In this document: positions 1 through 10,441 of the stretch, one piece after another
Position numbering within the stretch: position 1 is the first letter of the stretch
Layout of the letters: each line of letters starts with the position of its first letter
Source of the DNA: Promethearchaeota archaeon
GTDB lineage: Archaea; Asgardarchaeota; Lokiarchaeia; Sigyniarchaeales; SOKP01
Assembly: GCA_030603385.1 (NCBI GenBank)
Contig: JAUVXW010000002.1
Span: 1-64,000 of the forward strand
DNA: 64,000 nucleotides
Reading direction: 5' to 3'
Notes under the pieces: model-generated
The model's database searches: none
Told to the model about the DNA's origin: nothing
The model's input: only the letters and a program-made list of their open reading frames with translations
Translations under genes and position numbers: made by a program

Positions 1-75
1 GGGGGGCAAATTCTAGTAGAATCTAAAGGAAGAAATAAAGGTACTGAATTCAAAATTAAACTTTTAAAAAAATAA
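1..75 (+). CDS. C-terminal end of a sensor histidine kinase (HATPase_c), partial
   Basis: Frame 1 reads GGQILVESKGRNKGTEFKIKLLKK*, a typical HATPase_c G2-box tail; the 5' part lies outside the window. Confidence 0.75.
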   Translation, partial: GGQILVESKGRNKGTEFKIKLLKK

Positions 76-247
76 TTGTATTTTAATCCTTCCAACTTAT
101 AATCCACTTATTTACCATTTCCATGAATAAAAGACGTTATAAATTTTCGTGATAAAAAATTGGTCTTGATTTGTACTAAAACTTGGAAATTCTAATAATG
201 AAATCATTAGCTTAAACCTTTTAAGTTAATGAATAAATGATAAAATT

Positions 248-1201
248 ATGAAAAAAGTATATTATATTCTGATATATACTGTCTTACTATTATTGACTCT
301 TTGGGTTCTTTATTTTTCTGGCTGGCAACAATTAATTATAATCCTAGTAATAATTAATGTGATAATATATGCTGCGAGGAAACCATTGAATGGACTAGCA
401 GCCATTTTTTTTAAGGAACGTAAGAGATATAAAGTAATAATATCGTTAACTATTAACCTAATCTGGATCATTTTTTTATTCTGGTTATTGTTAAGTATCT
501 CAACCGAACTTTTTATCGCAATCATTTCATTTTTGATAGTAGCAATTGCATTAAATTTTAGAAATGTAATAAATAATATAGTTTCAGGAATACTTTTACT
601 TGCTACTGAGCAATTTGAAATCGGTGATTTAATTGAAACAAATAAGATTCAAGGAGTTGTTACGGAAATTAATTTAAATTACTTAAAAATTAGGGAATTT
701 GATGGAATAAATGTTATTTTACCTAATAGTAGTGCATATGGATCGACAAAAATACAATTTACACATAGTAAATTCAAGATTTTTAAACCAAAGGATAAGA
801 CCGAATTCGCAAATAAAAAATATTATCGTAAATATTTAAAGACGATAAATAAGATTCTTGCAGCCAAAATAAAAACAACTAAATACGTTAAACAAATTGA
901 AATTCCCGGAAGGGTATCTCCTGATAATCTCGTTTTGAAAACATCTAAAGTTTTTGATAGGTATGAACCTATTTTTGGTAAACGTCCTGATTACTCTATA
1001 GACACCACCAGATATGGAAGAGTTCGAATCAATCTCTATATTATGTCAGATAAACCTACTATAGTAACTAATTATATAGATTCATTATTGAGAGATTTAG
1101 TTTATGAATTGTTTTCTGATGAAATATATAAAGATTGGAAAAAACCTAAAAGTAAAACTCCTGTAGAACTAAAATCTAAAAAGAAAGAGGTGAAAAAATA
1201 A
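248..1201 (+). CDS. Small-conductance mechanosensitive channel (MscS family)
   Basis: N-terminal TM helices followed by NIVSGILLL..EQFEIGDLIE..GVVTEINL..IREFDG..LPNS. Confidence 0.85.
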   Translation: MKKVYYILIYTVLLLLTLWVLYFSGWQQLIIILVIINVIIYAARKPLNGLAAIFFKERKRYKVIISLTINLIWIIFLFWLLLSISTELFIAIISFLIVAIALNFRNVINNIVSGILLLATEQFEIGDLIETNKIQGVVTEINLNYLKIREFDGINVILPNSSAYGSTKIQFTHSKFKIFKPKDKTEFANKKYYRKYLKTINKILAAKIKTTKYVKQIEIPGRVSPDNLVLKTSKVFDRYEPIFGKRPDYSIDTTRYGRVRINLYIMSDKPTIVTNYIDSLLRDLVYELFSDEIYKDWKKPKSKTPVELKSKKKEVKK

Positions 1202-2103
1202 TGGCGTTATTTAGAACCGATCTCGAAGCATTATTGTTTGTAATTATTATTGGTGGTAGTCTCTATCTTATAAATTTCATTATGGGCTTTTTGATTGGCA
1301 GAATTAAGAAAATTCTTCCAGCAAATAAGAATAAAATAAAGTTTATAATAAGATTGGTTTCAATTATCTTGTTTTTATATTTTTTAATCGAAGGATTTCC
1401 CTCTTTTACTACAATTCCTCCTGAATATACGGTGTTAATTACGGGAGCAGCAAGCACGGCTTTAGCCTTTGCAACAAGCGAAATTTTTTCCAATTTTATC
1501 TGTGGGATTTTGATTTGGTTAGTGGATCCATTTGATCTAGGAGATATTGTCAATATCAAGGGTTATCAAGGAATCATAAAATCAACTACTCTTACAAATA
1601 TTACAATTGAGACTTTCGATAGAATTATTGTGCAAATATCCAATTCTGACGTATTATCTTCCCCTATTCTAAATTATACAATTAAATTGAAAAGGAAGAA
1701 AAATTTCTTCCGGTTTAAAAGACAAATTCAATTTCCTCAAGATATTGGACACGCACGACTTGATATTGATGAATATAATGAAGAAATGCGTAAAAAAGAA
1801 GAGAATGAATTAAGAGAATTTCATCATTTAGTTTTAGAAAAAGACCAATCAGAGATTTTTTCATTTACATTTTCAATGCGTGTACCCTATGAACGATTTA
1901 GGATTAAAGTAGATAAAATAGAAAAAATCTGCATAAAATATAAAGAAATTTTTGACTATACCCCAAAATTTCATATATTTAATTTCAGTAATGAAATCTC
2001 TGTGAAATTTCGTATTTTAACTCTAGATTCTGATAAGTTACTCAATTATCAAGCAGAATTTGTAGATAATTTGTACAAGATAATTCTAAGTAAAGAATCA
2101 TAA
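1201..2103 (+). CDS. Small-conductance mechanosensitive channel (MscS family)
   Basis: FSNFICGILIWLVDPFDLGDIVNIKGYQGII..TFD..ISNS; overlaps the previous stop (TAATG). Confidence 0.85.
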   Translation: MALFRTDLEALLFVIIIGGSLYLINFIMGFLIGRIKKILPANKNKIKFIIRLVSIILFLYFLIEGFPSFTTIPPEYTVLITGAASTALAFATSEIFSNFICGILIWLVDPFDLGDIVNIKGYQGIIKSTTLTNITIETFDRIIVQISNSDVLSSPILNYTIKLKRKKNFFRFKRQIQFPQDIGHARLDIDEYNEEMRKKEENELREFHHLVLEKDQSEIFSFTFSMRVPYERFRIKVDKIEKICIKYKEIFDYTPKFHIFNFSNEISVKFRILTLDSDKLLNYQAEFVDNLYKIILSKES

Positions 2104-2245
2104 ATTTAAATTTTCTTTTTTCCAGTATCACTTTTAAATAATTAATTCAGAACATCAATTAGCAAATATATCTTTATATGATTGTTTTAGTGATTTAATT
2201 AAATTAAATCAAATTGGCTTTGATGGTGATAAATACTACTTAAAC

Positions 2246-2989
2246 GTGAATTTTGATTATAGAAACTTGAATTCTCAAATAATTAATGAAGCTTTAAAGT
2301 CAAATAAAAGTATTAATCAATATGATGATATTGAAGTAGTAAAGAAATCAATCAAAAAAATAAACTGGGATAGCATTTCCAATTGGACGGTAGAGTATAG
2401 ACAGAACCAATTTGCTGATTATACTTATTTTGATGTAAATCCTAGACTTGACTGTTCAAAATCAAATCCTCTATATCTACATAAAAAATGGATTGAACAT
2501 ATTATAAAAGATAGTAGATTTAATTTAACAGACTCAAGATTAGGAAAATTATGTGGGATCTCAAGAGATTCAGTCAGGTATTATCGTAGAAAATTCAATA
2601 TTAAAGGAAAGGAAGATTGGGGCTATAAACGATTTATTAACAATGGTAAGTGGTGGATCAAAGTCCCTGAAGATTACGGAAATCCAATTGCAGAGAGAGA
2701 AAAAGGATATCTGTTAGAACACAGATATATCATTGAGTGTTATTTGCGAGAACATCGTGAATTAGAAATTTCAAAAAGATCCTTAAATAGTGACGGATAC
2801 TTGTATTCTGATTGTGTAATTCACCATATTAATTTTGATCCATTAGATAATAGGTTAGAGAATTTATGGATTTGTGAGAATGAAAGTGAACATAAATTAA
2901 TTGAGGGAACATTATTGAAATTAGTTGAAGAACTAATGAAATTAGACCTTATTTTTTTTTCTGATGGTAAATATTATCTAAATTGTTGA
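2246..2989 (+). CDS. HNH endonuclease with an HTH-like segment (free-standing, homing-endonuclease-like)
   Basis: GYLLEHRYI…VIHHINFDPLDNRLENLWICENESEH (HNH motif); LTDSRLGKLCGISRDSVRYYRRKFNI (HTH-like). Confidence 0.8.
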   Translation: MNFDYRNLNSQIINEALKSNKSINQYDDIEVVKKSIKKINWDSISNWTVEYRQNQFADYTYFDVNPRLDCSKSNPLYLHKKWIEHIIKDSRFNLTDSRLGKLCGISRDSVRYYRRKFNIKGKEDWGYKRFINNGKWWIKVPEDYGNPIAEREKGYLLEHRYIIECYLREHRELEISKRSLNSDGYLYSDCVIHHINFDPLDNRLENLWICENESEHKLIEGTLLKLVEELMKLDLIFFSDGKYYLNC

Positions 2990-3076
2990 AATTATAATAA
3001 ACCTTCACAATTTCCTATTTTAATCTAAGAAAATTTAATTCTATTATTAATAGCTTTCCACGGTGCTAAAGAAACT

Positions 3077-3244
3077 ATGTCACGAGATGAGATCAAAAAT
3101 ACTACGGGAATCGGAGGTGCTTTCGTACTCCGTTCTGTTCAGGAATTAGATAAGGTTGGACTATTGGAATATGATATGGATACTAGTACTGCTAAATTAA
3201 AAGAACGCTTATTTCCCAAAAAAGCATTGGAAGAAAAAAAGTAG
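3077..3244 (+). pseudogene. Winged-helix fragment, probably the 3' remnant of a larger gene, or a 55-aa wHTH microprotein
   Basis: MSRDEIKNTTGIGGAFVLRSVQELDKVGLLEYDMDTSTAKLKERLFPKKALEEKK*; the frame is already open upstream (…AFHGAKET). Confidence 0.55.
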
Positions 3245-3268
3245 AATTTCTTATAATTTACTATATTT

Positions 3269-4333
3269 TTATTTAGTAATAACCATCTCGTGAAGTGTGT
3301 TTCCTTTTTCTATGTAAGATTTCCCATCAATATGAATATTAAGTTGAAATTTAGAATTTAATCGAAAATAACCTGGTTTTAATTTTAAGAGATTTTTTGC
3401 TAAGAAACGTGTAATGGGGCCTAATTCGTAAAGTAAATTAGTAGCGTCGATTATCTCTTGAACATTGAGGATTATTTTATTACTATCACCAAAATTAAAG
3501 GTCAAAACTTTAGGATATTTATTTCCAGCTTTTTCATTATATTCAAAATCATCTTGAAACATTTCATATTCACCTGTACTAAGGATTACGTTTTCGTTTT
3601 TAGCAATCATAAGAATTTGTATTGGATAATTATCCATTTTTTTATTGCATTTAATATAGGCAAAAATGACTGTAAAATTATCTGAATATATCCTTCCCCA
3701 ATACCAATAATCAATTATCAAAGCAAAATTAAAATTTAGCCAATTATGATCATGATATCCAATACCTTTTACTTGAATAGTATCGTTGTTAACCTTTATA
3801 GTTCCTTCAACATCTGCTCGAGGTAGAGCTATAACCCAACCAAATTGATTTGACTTTCCAAACTCAATATAGCCTTTTCCTGGCTTCCAACCATGAACTT
3901 TAGCAGTATATTTTAGATGAAACCCATATTCACCTTCATCTAAGAAAACTTCATACGTTGGAAATTCATTGTTAGAATAATCAACTTTTATATAATTTTT
4001 ACCAATTTGTACATTGGATAAATCATGAGAAGCTTTAAGATCAGAATGAAGAAAATCGATTACTTTCTGTATTTTCTCTCCATTGGGCTTATAAATCGTA
4101 ATCTCTATACCTGTTTTCCCTGTTCGTTCGTGTTTTGCTCGAAAAAATCCTACTACGGTATATCCATTATCAAGACGGGCATCAAAATACCACCATTCTC
4201 TGGTTCCTTTCTTGTCCATATCGATGTGTAATGCATCATCTTTTGGTTTGATTGGTTTAATTTGGTCATCCTTTCTACCTGGTCCTAACCAGGCTTCTTT
4301 AATTTTTGTACTCATAATAAATCTTTTTCTCAA
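3269..4333 (-). CDS. CrtC/AttH/tocopherol-cyclase-like (lipocalin-fold) protein
   Basis: EWWYFDA, GIGYHDHNW and WYWGR motifs; the real start is probably MSTK. Confidence 0.7.
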   Translation of the reverse strand: MRKRFIMSTKIKEAWLGPGRKDDQIKPIKPKDDALHIDMDKKGTREWWYFDARLDNGYTVVGFFRAKHERTGKTGIEITIYKPNGEKIQKVIDFLHSDLKASHDLSNVQIGKNYIKVDYSNNEFPTYEVFLDEGEYGFHLKYTAKVHGWKPGKGYIEFGKSNQFGWVIALPRADVEGTIKVNNDTIQVKGIGYHDHNWLNFNFALIIDYWYWGRIYSDNFTVIFAYIKCNKKMDNYPIQILMIAKNENVILSTGEYEMFQDDFEYNEKAGNKYPKVLTFNFGDSNKIILNVQEIIDATNLLYELGPITRFLAKNLLKLKPGYFRLNSKFQLNIHIDGKSYIEKGNTLHEMVITK

Positions 4334-4358
4334 AACTTATTTTTAATTAATATAAAAT

Positions 4359-4763
4359 CTACGTTAAAAATTTAAATATTTTCAATAATATAAGCAATTT
4401 TCTGATTCCACGCATTTTTATTTTACGGGTTAACCACTTTTTAGCGACTCCAAATAGTGAAAGTCGATTCATAGCAATAGCAAGGAAAGTTTGGGTATCC
4501 ATCTCTAAAAAAGCGTCCCACCCTACCTTTCGCTTTTTCAAATTTTCTTTTGGTTTATTTGGAACGCTCTCAACTCTTACTAATCCCTTATCAACTATAA
4601 TAATTGCTGCATGATTTAAGTTCAAAGCATTTAAGAGAATTTTAACTTTAAGATTTTTAAATTTTTCTTGAAACTTCTTGTTTTCATTTAGAGGTGTTAG
4701 GATGCTATTGATTAGGACTGCGAAACCCCTTATTTTTTTATTTTCTTGGTTTGATTCTACCAT
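4359..4763 (-). CDS. SCP2 sterol/lipid-binding domain protein
   Basis: WDAFLEMDTQTFLAIAMNRLSLFGVAKKWLTRKIKMRG fits the SCP2 pattern; start moved to MVESNQ to avoid overlap with the upstream gene. Confidence 0.65.
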   Translation of the reverse strand: MVESNQENKKIRGFAVLINSILTPLNENKKFQEKFKNLKVKILLNALNLNHAAIIIVDKGLVRVESVPNKPKENLKKRKVGWDAFLEMDTQTFLAIAMNRLSLFGVAKKWLTRKIKMRGIRKLLILLKIFKFLT

Positions 4764-4788
4764 GCTAATGCTCTTGATCTCATTGTTT

Positions 4789-6357
4789 TTATTTGTTTTG
4801 TGGTGAAATATAAAATCCAGAATCAGAAATATTATTTGGGTCAAATACTTCCTTAATCTTTCTTAACCATATATGATAATTTGACATGTGGGGTCCAAAA
4901 AGTTCATGCATTCGGTTTCCCTCAACAAAAAAGGGAGCACCAAGATGTCTGACTAAATCCAATTGATTACTTCTATCCATATATTCAGCCATTCCTTCAA
5001 CACTCTGTTCATCTGTTTGATCAAACATCGTCGGGGATTCCATATGAAAATAATGCCCTGATTCGTATGAAGTCATCCATGTACCCTCACCAAAATCGTT
5101 AGCAATTACGCCTTTCTTAATATACTCCTGTTTTAAAGAGATATTTGATTTTGTGCTTCGAAGGCATACGGCTGCTGTATCAGCAACTCCCTTTGAAGAT
5201 TGAAAACCTCCTGTTGCGATAAAACCATGTAATCCTAAATTTGAACGAAGGGCTTCAGCATAAAATATTGGATTGGGGGTATAAATTTTTCCGATAATAT
5301 TTTTTAAGTTTAATTCTTCTAGTAAGAGATCCATTACTTTCTGTTTATATCCAAATTCTCGTTTTGTACGAGCAACTATTAATACAACTAACGGTGTTTT
5401 CATCCTTCCTATTGCCATTTTATCCATTAAACTTTCAATTGAATTGGAAAATATTGCCATAACCGCAAAACCAGATAAATAACTACACATAAATGAAATT
5501 TCTTCCTCTTCAACACTCAACATTGTAGATTCGAGTTTCTTAAAATTTCCACAATCCATAACGTATAATTTCATAAAATCTGGGATTTCAAAATCATAGT
5601 TAGGGGAATATCCTTTAACCTTAAAATCTATTTTACAAGGATACGGAAACAGCTTTACTGCAACTTTAGTAAAAACTCCGAGCCCAGATTTAGTGCCTGC
5701 CCATCCTCTCATGATACCTCTTAATGATGGACCAGGACCATCTCCATGATACCAATCAGGATTATTTTTTAGACCATAAGACCCTAGTCTCATAATCTCA
5801 CTATCGGGTAATACCCATTCTACAGCTAAGACGTTTCTTGCACTATGTCCTGTAGAAGGAGAAGTAAACCCTGGACCATTCATGCTCGTAGCGCTAGCTA
5901 ATGGAGAAACCATTGGACCTGCACCAGGCATATGGCAATTAAGGCCATATTTCATTATTTCAACTTGAAGCTGGGCCCCACTCACATATGGTTCAATAAC
6001 TGCATAGAGGTTTTTCTCATCAATTTTAATAATTTTATTCATACGGCGGAGATCTATAATGATAGAATTATCTGAAGATGGCTGATTCCAAGGTCCTAAA
6101 CCAGTAGATTGTGCTTTAAAAATTATACTATACTTATTACATAATTTCACTATGCCTTGGACTTCTTCTGTAGATGATGGTAAGACGACCGCTTTAGGTA
6201 TCGGGGAGAATGGTATTGGTTCTTTACCATCTATATAATTAAAAATTTCCATACACCAATTATAGGCATAGACATTAGTTATAACATCACCATCATCAAT
6301 ATTTTCCACGCCAACAACTGCTTCAAATTCTTTAAGAATTTCTTTCTCCAGGACCAT
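4789..6357 (-). CDS. FAD-binding oxidoreductase (GlcD/VAO superfamily)
   Basis: PKAVVLPSSTEEVQ, IDLRRMNKIIKID, VIEPYV, GLGVFTK, KIKEVFDPNNI. Confidence 0.9.
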   Translation of the reverse strand: MVLEKEILKEFEAVVGVENIDDGDVITNVYAYNWCMEIFNYIDGKEPIPFSPIPKAVVLPSSTEEVQGIVKLCNKYSIIFKAQSTGLGPWNQPSSDNSIIIDLRRMNKIIKIDEKNLYAVIEPYVSGAQLQVEIMKYGLNCHMPGAGPMVSPLASATSMNGPGFTSPSTGHSARNVLAVEWVLPDSEIMRLGSYGLKNNPDWYHGDGPGPSLRGIMRGWAGTKSGLGVFTKVAVKLFPYPCKIDFKVKGYSPNYDFEIPDFMKLYVMDCGNFKKLESTMLSVEEEEISFMCSYLSGFAVMAIFSNSIESLMDKMAIGRMKTPLVVLIVARTKREFGYKQKVMDLLLEELNLKNIIGKIYTPNPIFYAEALRSNLGLHGFIATGGFQSSKGVADTAAVCLRSTKSNISLKQEYIKKGVIANDFGEGTWMTSYESGHYFHMESPTMFDQTDEQSVEGMAEYMDRSNQLDLVRHLGAPFFVEGNRMHELFGPHMSNYHIWLRKIKEVFDPNNISDSGFYISPQNK

Positions 6358-7662
6358 TTATGTAACCTCCGTTGATGATTCTTTAACAGTTTTAGGTGGC
6401 GAATCAAGTGCCATTAATAATAACTCACTTATATCATAAAATCTTAAACTAGAACCTCTTTCATTTATTCCATCTTTTAAATTTGTTGAACAAAAAGGAC
6501 ATGCGGAAGCTATTATTTCTGCTCCAGTATCTTCGGCTTCTTCAATCCGAGTTACTGCTGTCTTAATGGCAAACTCTGGAAATGCTGATTTTACACCACC
6601 CCCAGCACCGCAACAATATGAAAATTCTTTGTTCCTTTCCATTTCAACAAATTTTAACCCCGGTATTTTCTTTAACACTTCTCTTGGAACTTCATAAATT
6701 CCATTTGTTCCACATCTTTTAGGTTTTTCAGGTATATTAATGGATATTAAAGGCATTAATTCTAAAACTTCCCCATCCCATCCATCATATTGTTCCGAAT
6801 TACGCCCTAAATGACAAGGATCGTGATATGTCACGGTATAAGGAACTTGGTTATTTAATTGTAATTTAGAACTTGCGATTAAATCATTATACAATTCAGT
6901 AGTGTGAAATACTTTAAAATTGTAATCCCTTTCTAAAGGATAATTTACTTTAAAGGTATTATAACAACCCGCACAACTAAAAACAACAGTTTCAATTCCT
7001 TCCTTCTCAATAATATCAATGTTCTTGTTTAATTGTCCTATAAATGAATCTTTATCTCCAGTTCTTAGAACAGGACTGCCACAGCAAAATTCATCACCAT
7101 CAAGAATTTTAAATGAATAATTAGCAGCATTCAATACACGAGCAGTCGCAATTGCTATTTCTTTTCTCCTGTAAGAAGAAGTGCATCCTACAAAATATAG
7201 TGTCTTTGCATTAGGATCAATCTTTATATCTTTTGGGAGCCAATCTATTCTTTTTTCATGAGGTTCATTATATGGATTATGATTATTCTTCACAGCTTCA
7301 ATATATTGTTGCTGTTTTGGCATTGGTCCATATCCCAAAGAAACTAGCTTTTCTCTGAGTTTGATTATAATTTCAAGTGGTTCTAAAGTGTTTAAAAACT
7401 TACAAGATACTGCACAACCCCCACATTCGGTACATTTATATACTATATCCCGTAATTCTTCGGAAGGTTGAATTCTTCCCATTTCTAAAGCAAGGGCTAA
7501 AATAATACGTCCACCTCCACTATATACATGATAATTAAATAGATCTATAGATGGACATATAGTAGCGTATTTTTGACTTTTAATTTGTAGTTGCGGAATC
7601 CACTTACATATTGAGCAGCGGAGACAGCGTTTTATCATTTCCTGATATTCTTGTTCTTTCAC
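6358..7662 (-). CDS. Fe-S oxidoreductase with 4Fe-4S and CCG domains (GlpC/GlcF/HdrD-like)
   Basis: CLRCSIC, CTECGGCAVSC, FCCGSP, YHDPCHLGR, CCGAGGG, SACPFC. Confidence 0.9.
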   Translation of the reverse strand: MKEQEYQEMIKRCLRCSICKWIPQLQIKSQKYATICPSIDLFNYHVYSGGGRIILALALEMGRIQPSEELRDIVYKCTECGGCAVSCKFLNTLEPLEIIIKLREKLVSLGYGPMPKQQQYIEAVKNNHNPYNEPHEKRIDWLPKDIKIDPNAKTLYFVGCTSSYRRKEIAIATARVLNAANYSFKILDGDEFCCGSPVLRTGDKDSFIGQLNKNIDIIEKEGIETVVFSCAGCYNTFKVNYPLERDYNFKVFHTTELYNDLIASSKLQLNNQVPYTVTYHDPCHLGRNSEQYDGWDGEVLELMPLISINIPEKPKRCGTNGIYEVPREVLKKIPGLKFVEMERNKEFSYCCGAGGGVKSAFPEFAIKTAVTRIEEAEDTGAEIIASACPFCSTNLKDGINERGSSLRFYDISELLLMALDSPPKTVKESSTEVT

Positions 7663-7833
7663 TGAGGTAGAAACTCCCCTAATATTTCTCAGAGATCATT
7701 AATTTTAAATGGTAAATGACTCAATTTTAATGAAATAATGTAATTATTAATTGAATAAAATAGTATCTATTAACCATTTCAAGTACGATTTTTAAATAAG
7801 TATTAATTCAGATTGAGATTAATTTCAAGAAAT

Positions 7834-8706
7834 CTATTCAATTTCTAATAATTGCTCCCAATATTCTTTTACATTCCACTCTTTATTTACCTTTATTTTA
7901 GATGCGATTTTGCTAAGAACATCTCTAATCATTTTCGATTGTAAATAATGAGAATTGGGAGTAATTGCACAAAGCATAAATGTTCCTGCTTCGTCTTGCG
8001 AATTATCCCCCATTTTATCCACTAATGCATAAGCATCTACTAAATCTCTTACCACTCTGAGTGTAAATTGGCTTGATTCTGACAGTTCTTCGAATTTATA
8101 CATTTTTATTAGTGTAGAATATAATTGAGAAGTGAGATCTTTGAGATTAAGTGAAGGAATTTCATTTTTTGGATAATAATCCTTTAATACTGGTTCAGAT
8201 TCGTTATTCCAAGTCATATAAAAGATATAAAAGAAATCAGCTCTCCTATGTTTCTTTAGAGATGGTTCTTCAAATTTCAATATTTCTTTTAATTCCTCTT
8301 CTAAAATCTTGGAATCTTTACTAATTTTAATGTGTTTTTTTAAAGTTTTTTTGATTCTTTTCAATAATTCTTTAGCTTTAAATGGTTTGGTGATGTAATC
8401 ATCTGCTCCAAGCATTTTACCGAATCTTACGTCATCAGGTTCAGCTTTACCTGATAAAAAGAAGAAAGGAATCCTTGACCATTCAGAATTTTCAGCTACC
8501 TTCATGTAGAAGTCATAACCATCCATTTCTGGCATTAATATATCACTTATTATAAGATCTGGTAGAAATTCAATATTCGAGAGAATTTCTAATCCTTCTT
8601 TCCCATTGAAAGCAGAAATTAATTTAAAATCATTCATTTCCATGAATATTTTTAAATTTTGGACAAGCACATCATCAGCTTCGACTAAAAAGACAGTAGG
8701 TTCCAT
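7834..8706 (-). CDS. Response regulator: receiver domain plus uncharacterised C-terminal domain
   Basis: PDLIISDILMPEMDG, FLSGK, GADDYITKPF; the C-terminal ~130 aa are not an HTH. Confidence 0.85.
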   Translation of the reverse strand: MEPTVFLVEADDVLVQNLKIFMEMNDFKLISAFNGKEGLEILSNIEFLPDLIISDILMPEMDGYDFYMKVAENSEWSRIPFFFLSGKAEPDDVRFGKMLGADDYITKPFKAKELLKRIKKTLKKHIKISKDSKILEEELKEILKFEEPSLKKHRRADFFYIFYMTWNNESEPVLKDYYPKNEIPSLNLKDLTSQLYSTLIKMYKFEELSESSQFTLRVVRDLVDAYALVDKMGDNSQDEAGTFMLCAITPNSHYLQSKMIRDVLSKIASKIKVNKEWNVKEYWEQLLEIE

Positions 8707-8835
8707 AATTAATAACTCTGTTATTTAAAATTGCAATAATAAGACTCCTCTATAATAAAAGAATAAATATTTAACATTTGTGAAAATGAAAATCTTTTAA
8801 ATACTAATGGTTTAAATTTGGATCAAATCTCCAAA

Positions 8836-10347
8836 TTAATCGTCAAAACATAAAACTCCGGGATTTAATATATTATTAGGGTCAAATATCTTTTTTACCT
8901 TTTTTAAAGCTATTTGCGTTGAATCCATATGTCTTTTAAACACTTCTTTTGCCCATAAACCGTAAGGTCTATTAAAAAAAGCACCTTCATTCATGAGTTT
9001 AATACTTAGGTCCATAAATTTTTTATTTACACTTTTTAATGCCTCTTCATCTTTATGATCGTAGTAAATGTCAAATTCACAATGATAAGACGTTCCTTGA
9101 TTGATAGCTTGGATATAAACACCAAGATCTTCAGACACTTCGTTTTCTACTAAAGTGATAAATTCTGAAATCTTTTCAAAATTAGTAATAAAGAAAATAT
9201 CTTGAAAGCTTCCTTTTAATCTTTCTCTCCATGGATAAGAAGCTGAGCTATTTAAAGCATGAATAATCTCACTTTCACTTATAACACTTTCTCTTTTCAA
9301 ATGATCAAGTTTGAGATCGCTCAAAATTTCACTTAGATCTCCCTCTTGGTATGCGATTTTGTCGTTTGCTAAGTTACCACGACCTGCCAAAACAAATATT
9401 AAATTCCACTTAGTCAAAGAATTACTTAACTCTTTTATATCCTCAGATAATTGTTTAACCAAACAGGCTAAATTAATATTATTCAAAATTAACAATTCAT
9501 TACCTAACCGAAATTTTAACAATTGATGTTGAAGATTCAATAGATCTTGAATATTTTCTGCTTGGAAATGGATAACTTTTTGAACTGTAGGCATTAACTC
9601 TAACTTAAGAGTAACCCATGTTACTATTCCTAAGCTTCCTTGAGCTCCTTGTATTAATCTAAAGGGACTAAATTGAGTTGGTCCCATTGGATTTGTTTGT
9701 GCTTGACCGGATTTTTTTTGTTGCTTTATTGTTCCAGGACCGGCCGCAGTGCCAGTTCTAAAAAGATCTCCTGTTCCAAAAATCACTTCAGTGCATAATA
9801 AAGGATCAGAACTATCCCATTGATAACGAGGGATTGTCGTTGGTACTCTTTCAAGCGCTGTCGTAAGAACAGATTTACTATCTCTAGGATAAAGAGGTTG
9901 TAATATCTTTAAACCTTTTTTTTCAAGGATTGGAGTTAATTGACCAAATACAACTCCGGGTTCAACCATAATGACTCTATTTTTTCTATCAATATTTAAG
10001 ATTTTGTTCATTTTAGAAAGATCAACAATAATAGAATTGTCTTGTAGTGGAATTGTATCCCCATGATAACGTATAGGTGAACTTGAACTTATTGGAATTA
10101 CTGAAAATCCAAGCGAATTTGCTAATTTTAAGATTTTTTCAATTTGTTTGGCTTTATTTAACCACACAACATATTTTGGTATTTTCCCTTTAACAAAACT
10201 TAAATCTGTAGAATAACTTTCTAATACTTCAGGATCATTTGAAATAGATTTCGAACCACAGATTTTAACTAGTTTTTGGAATATCTGTTCTTCACTCATA
10301 ATTAATTTACTCTTATTGAAACCCTTTGCTTCATAAAATATTTCCAT
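8836..10347 (-). CDS. FAD-binding oxidoreductase (GlcD/VAO superfamily), second copy
   Basis: VDLSKMNKILNID, VEPGV, GAQGSLGIVT, KIFDPNNILNPG; the start may be MSEEQ at 10299. Confidence 0.9.
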   Translation of the reverse strand: MEIFYEAKGFNKSKLIMSEEQIFQKLVKICGSKSISNDPEVLESYSTDLSFVKGKIPKYVVWLNKAKQIEKILKLANSLGFSVIPISSSSPIRYHGDTIPLQDNSIIVDLSKMNKILNIDRKNRVIMVEPGVVFGQLTPILEKKGLKILQPLYPRDSKSVLTTALERVPTTIPRYQWDSSDPLLCTEVIFGTGDLFRTGTAAGPGTIKQQKKSGQAQTNPMGPTQFSPFRLIQGAQGSLGIVTWVTLKLELMPTVQKVIHFQAENIQDLLNLQHQLLKFRLGNELLILNNINLACLVKQLSEDIKELSNSLTKWNLIFVLAGRGNLANDKIAYQEGDLSEILSDLKLDHLKRESVISESEIIHALNSSASYPWRERLKGSFQDIFFITNFEKISEFITLVENEVSEDLGVYIQAINQGTSYHCEFDIYYDHKDEEALKSVNKKFMDLSIKLMNEGAFFNRPYGLWAKEVFKRHMDSTQIALKKVKKIFDPNNILNPGVLCFDD

Positions 10348-10441
10348 CTATTAAGATATTTTCATAAAAAATTTTATATAATTGAAACGTACTATTTAAC
10401 AATTATATTTTCCAAAAACAAATTAATAAAATGAAATTCAA

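Noticed and set aside
2984-3028. TGT-TGA (Cys-UGA) at the end of the HNH gene as possible Sec
   Set aside because: Only 12 unremarkable codons follow before TAA, no SECIS-like hairpin was seen, and Sec is not expected in this family.
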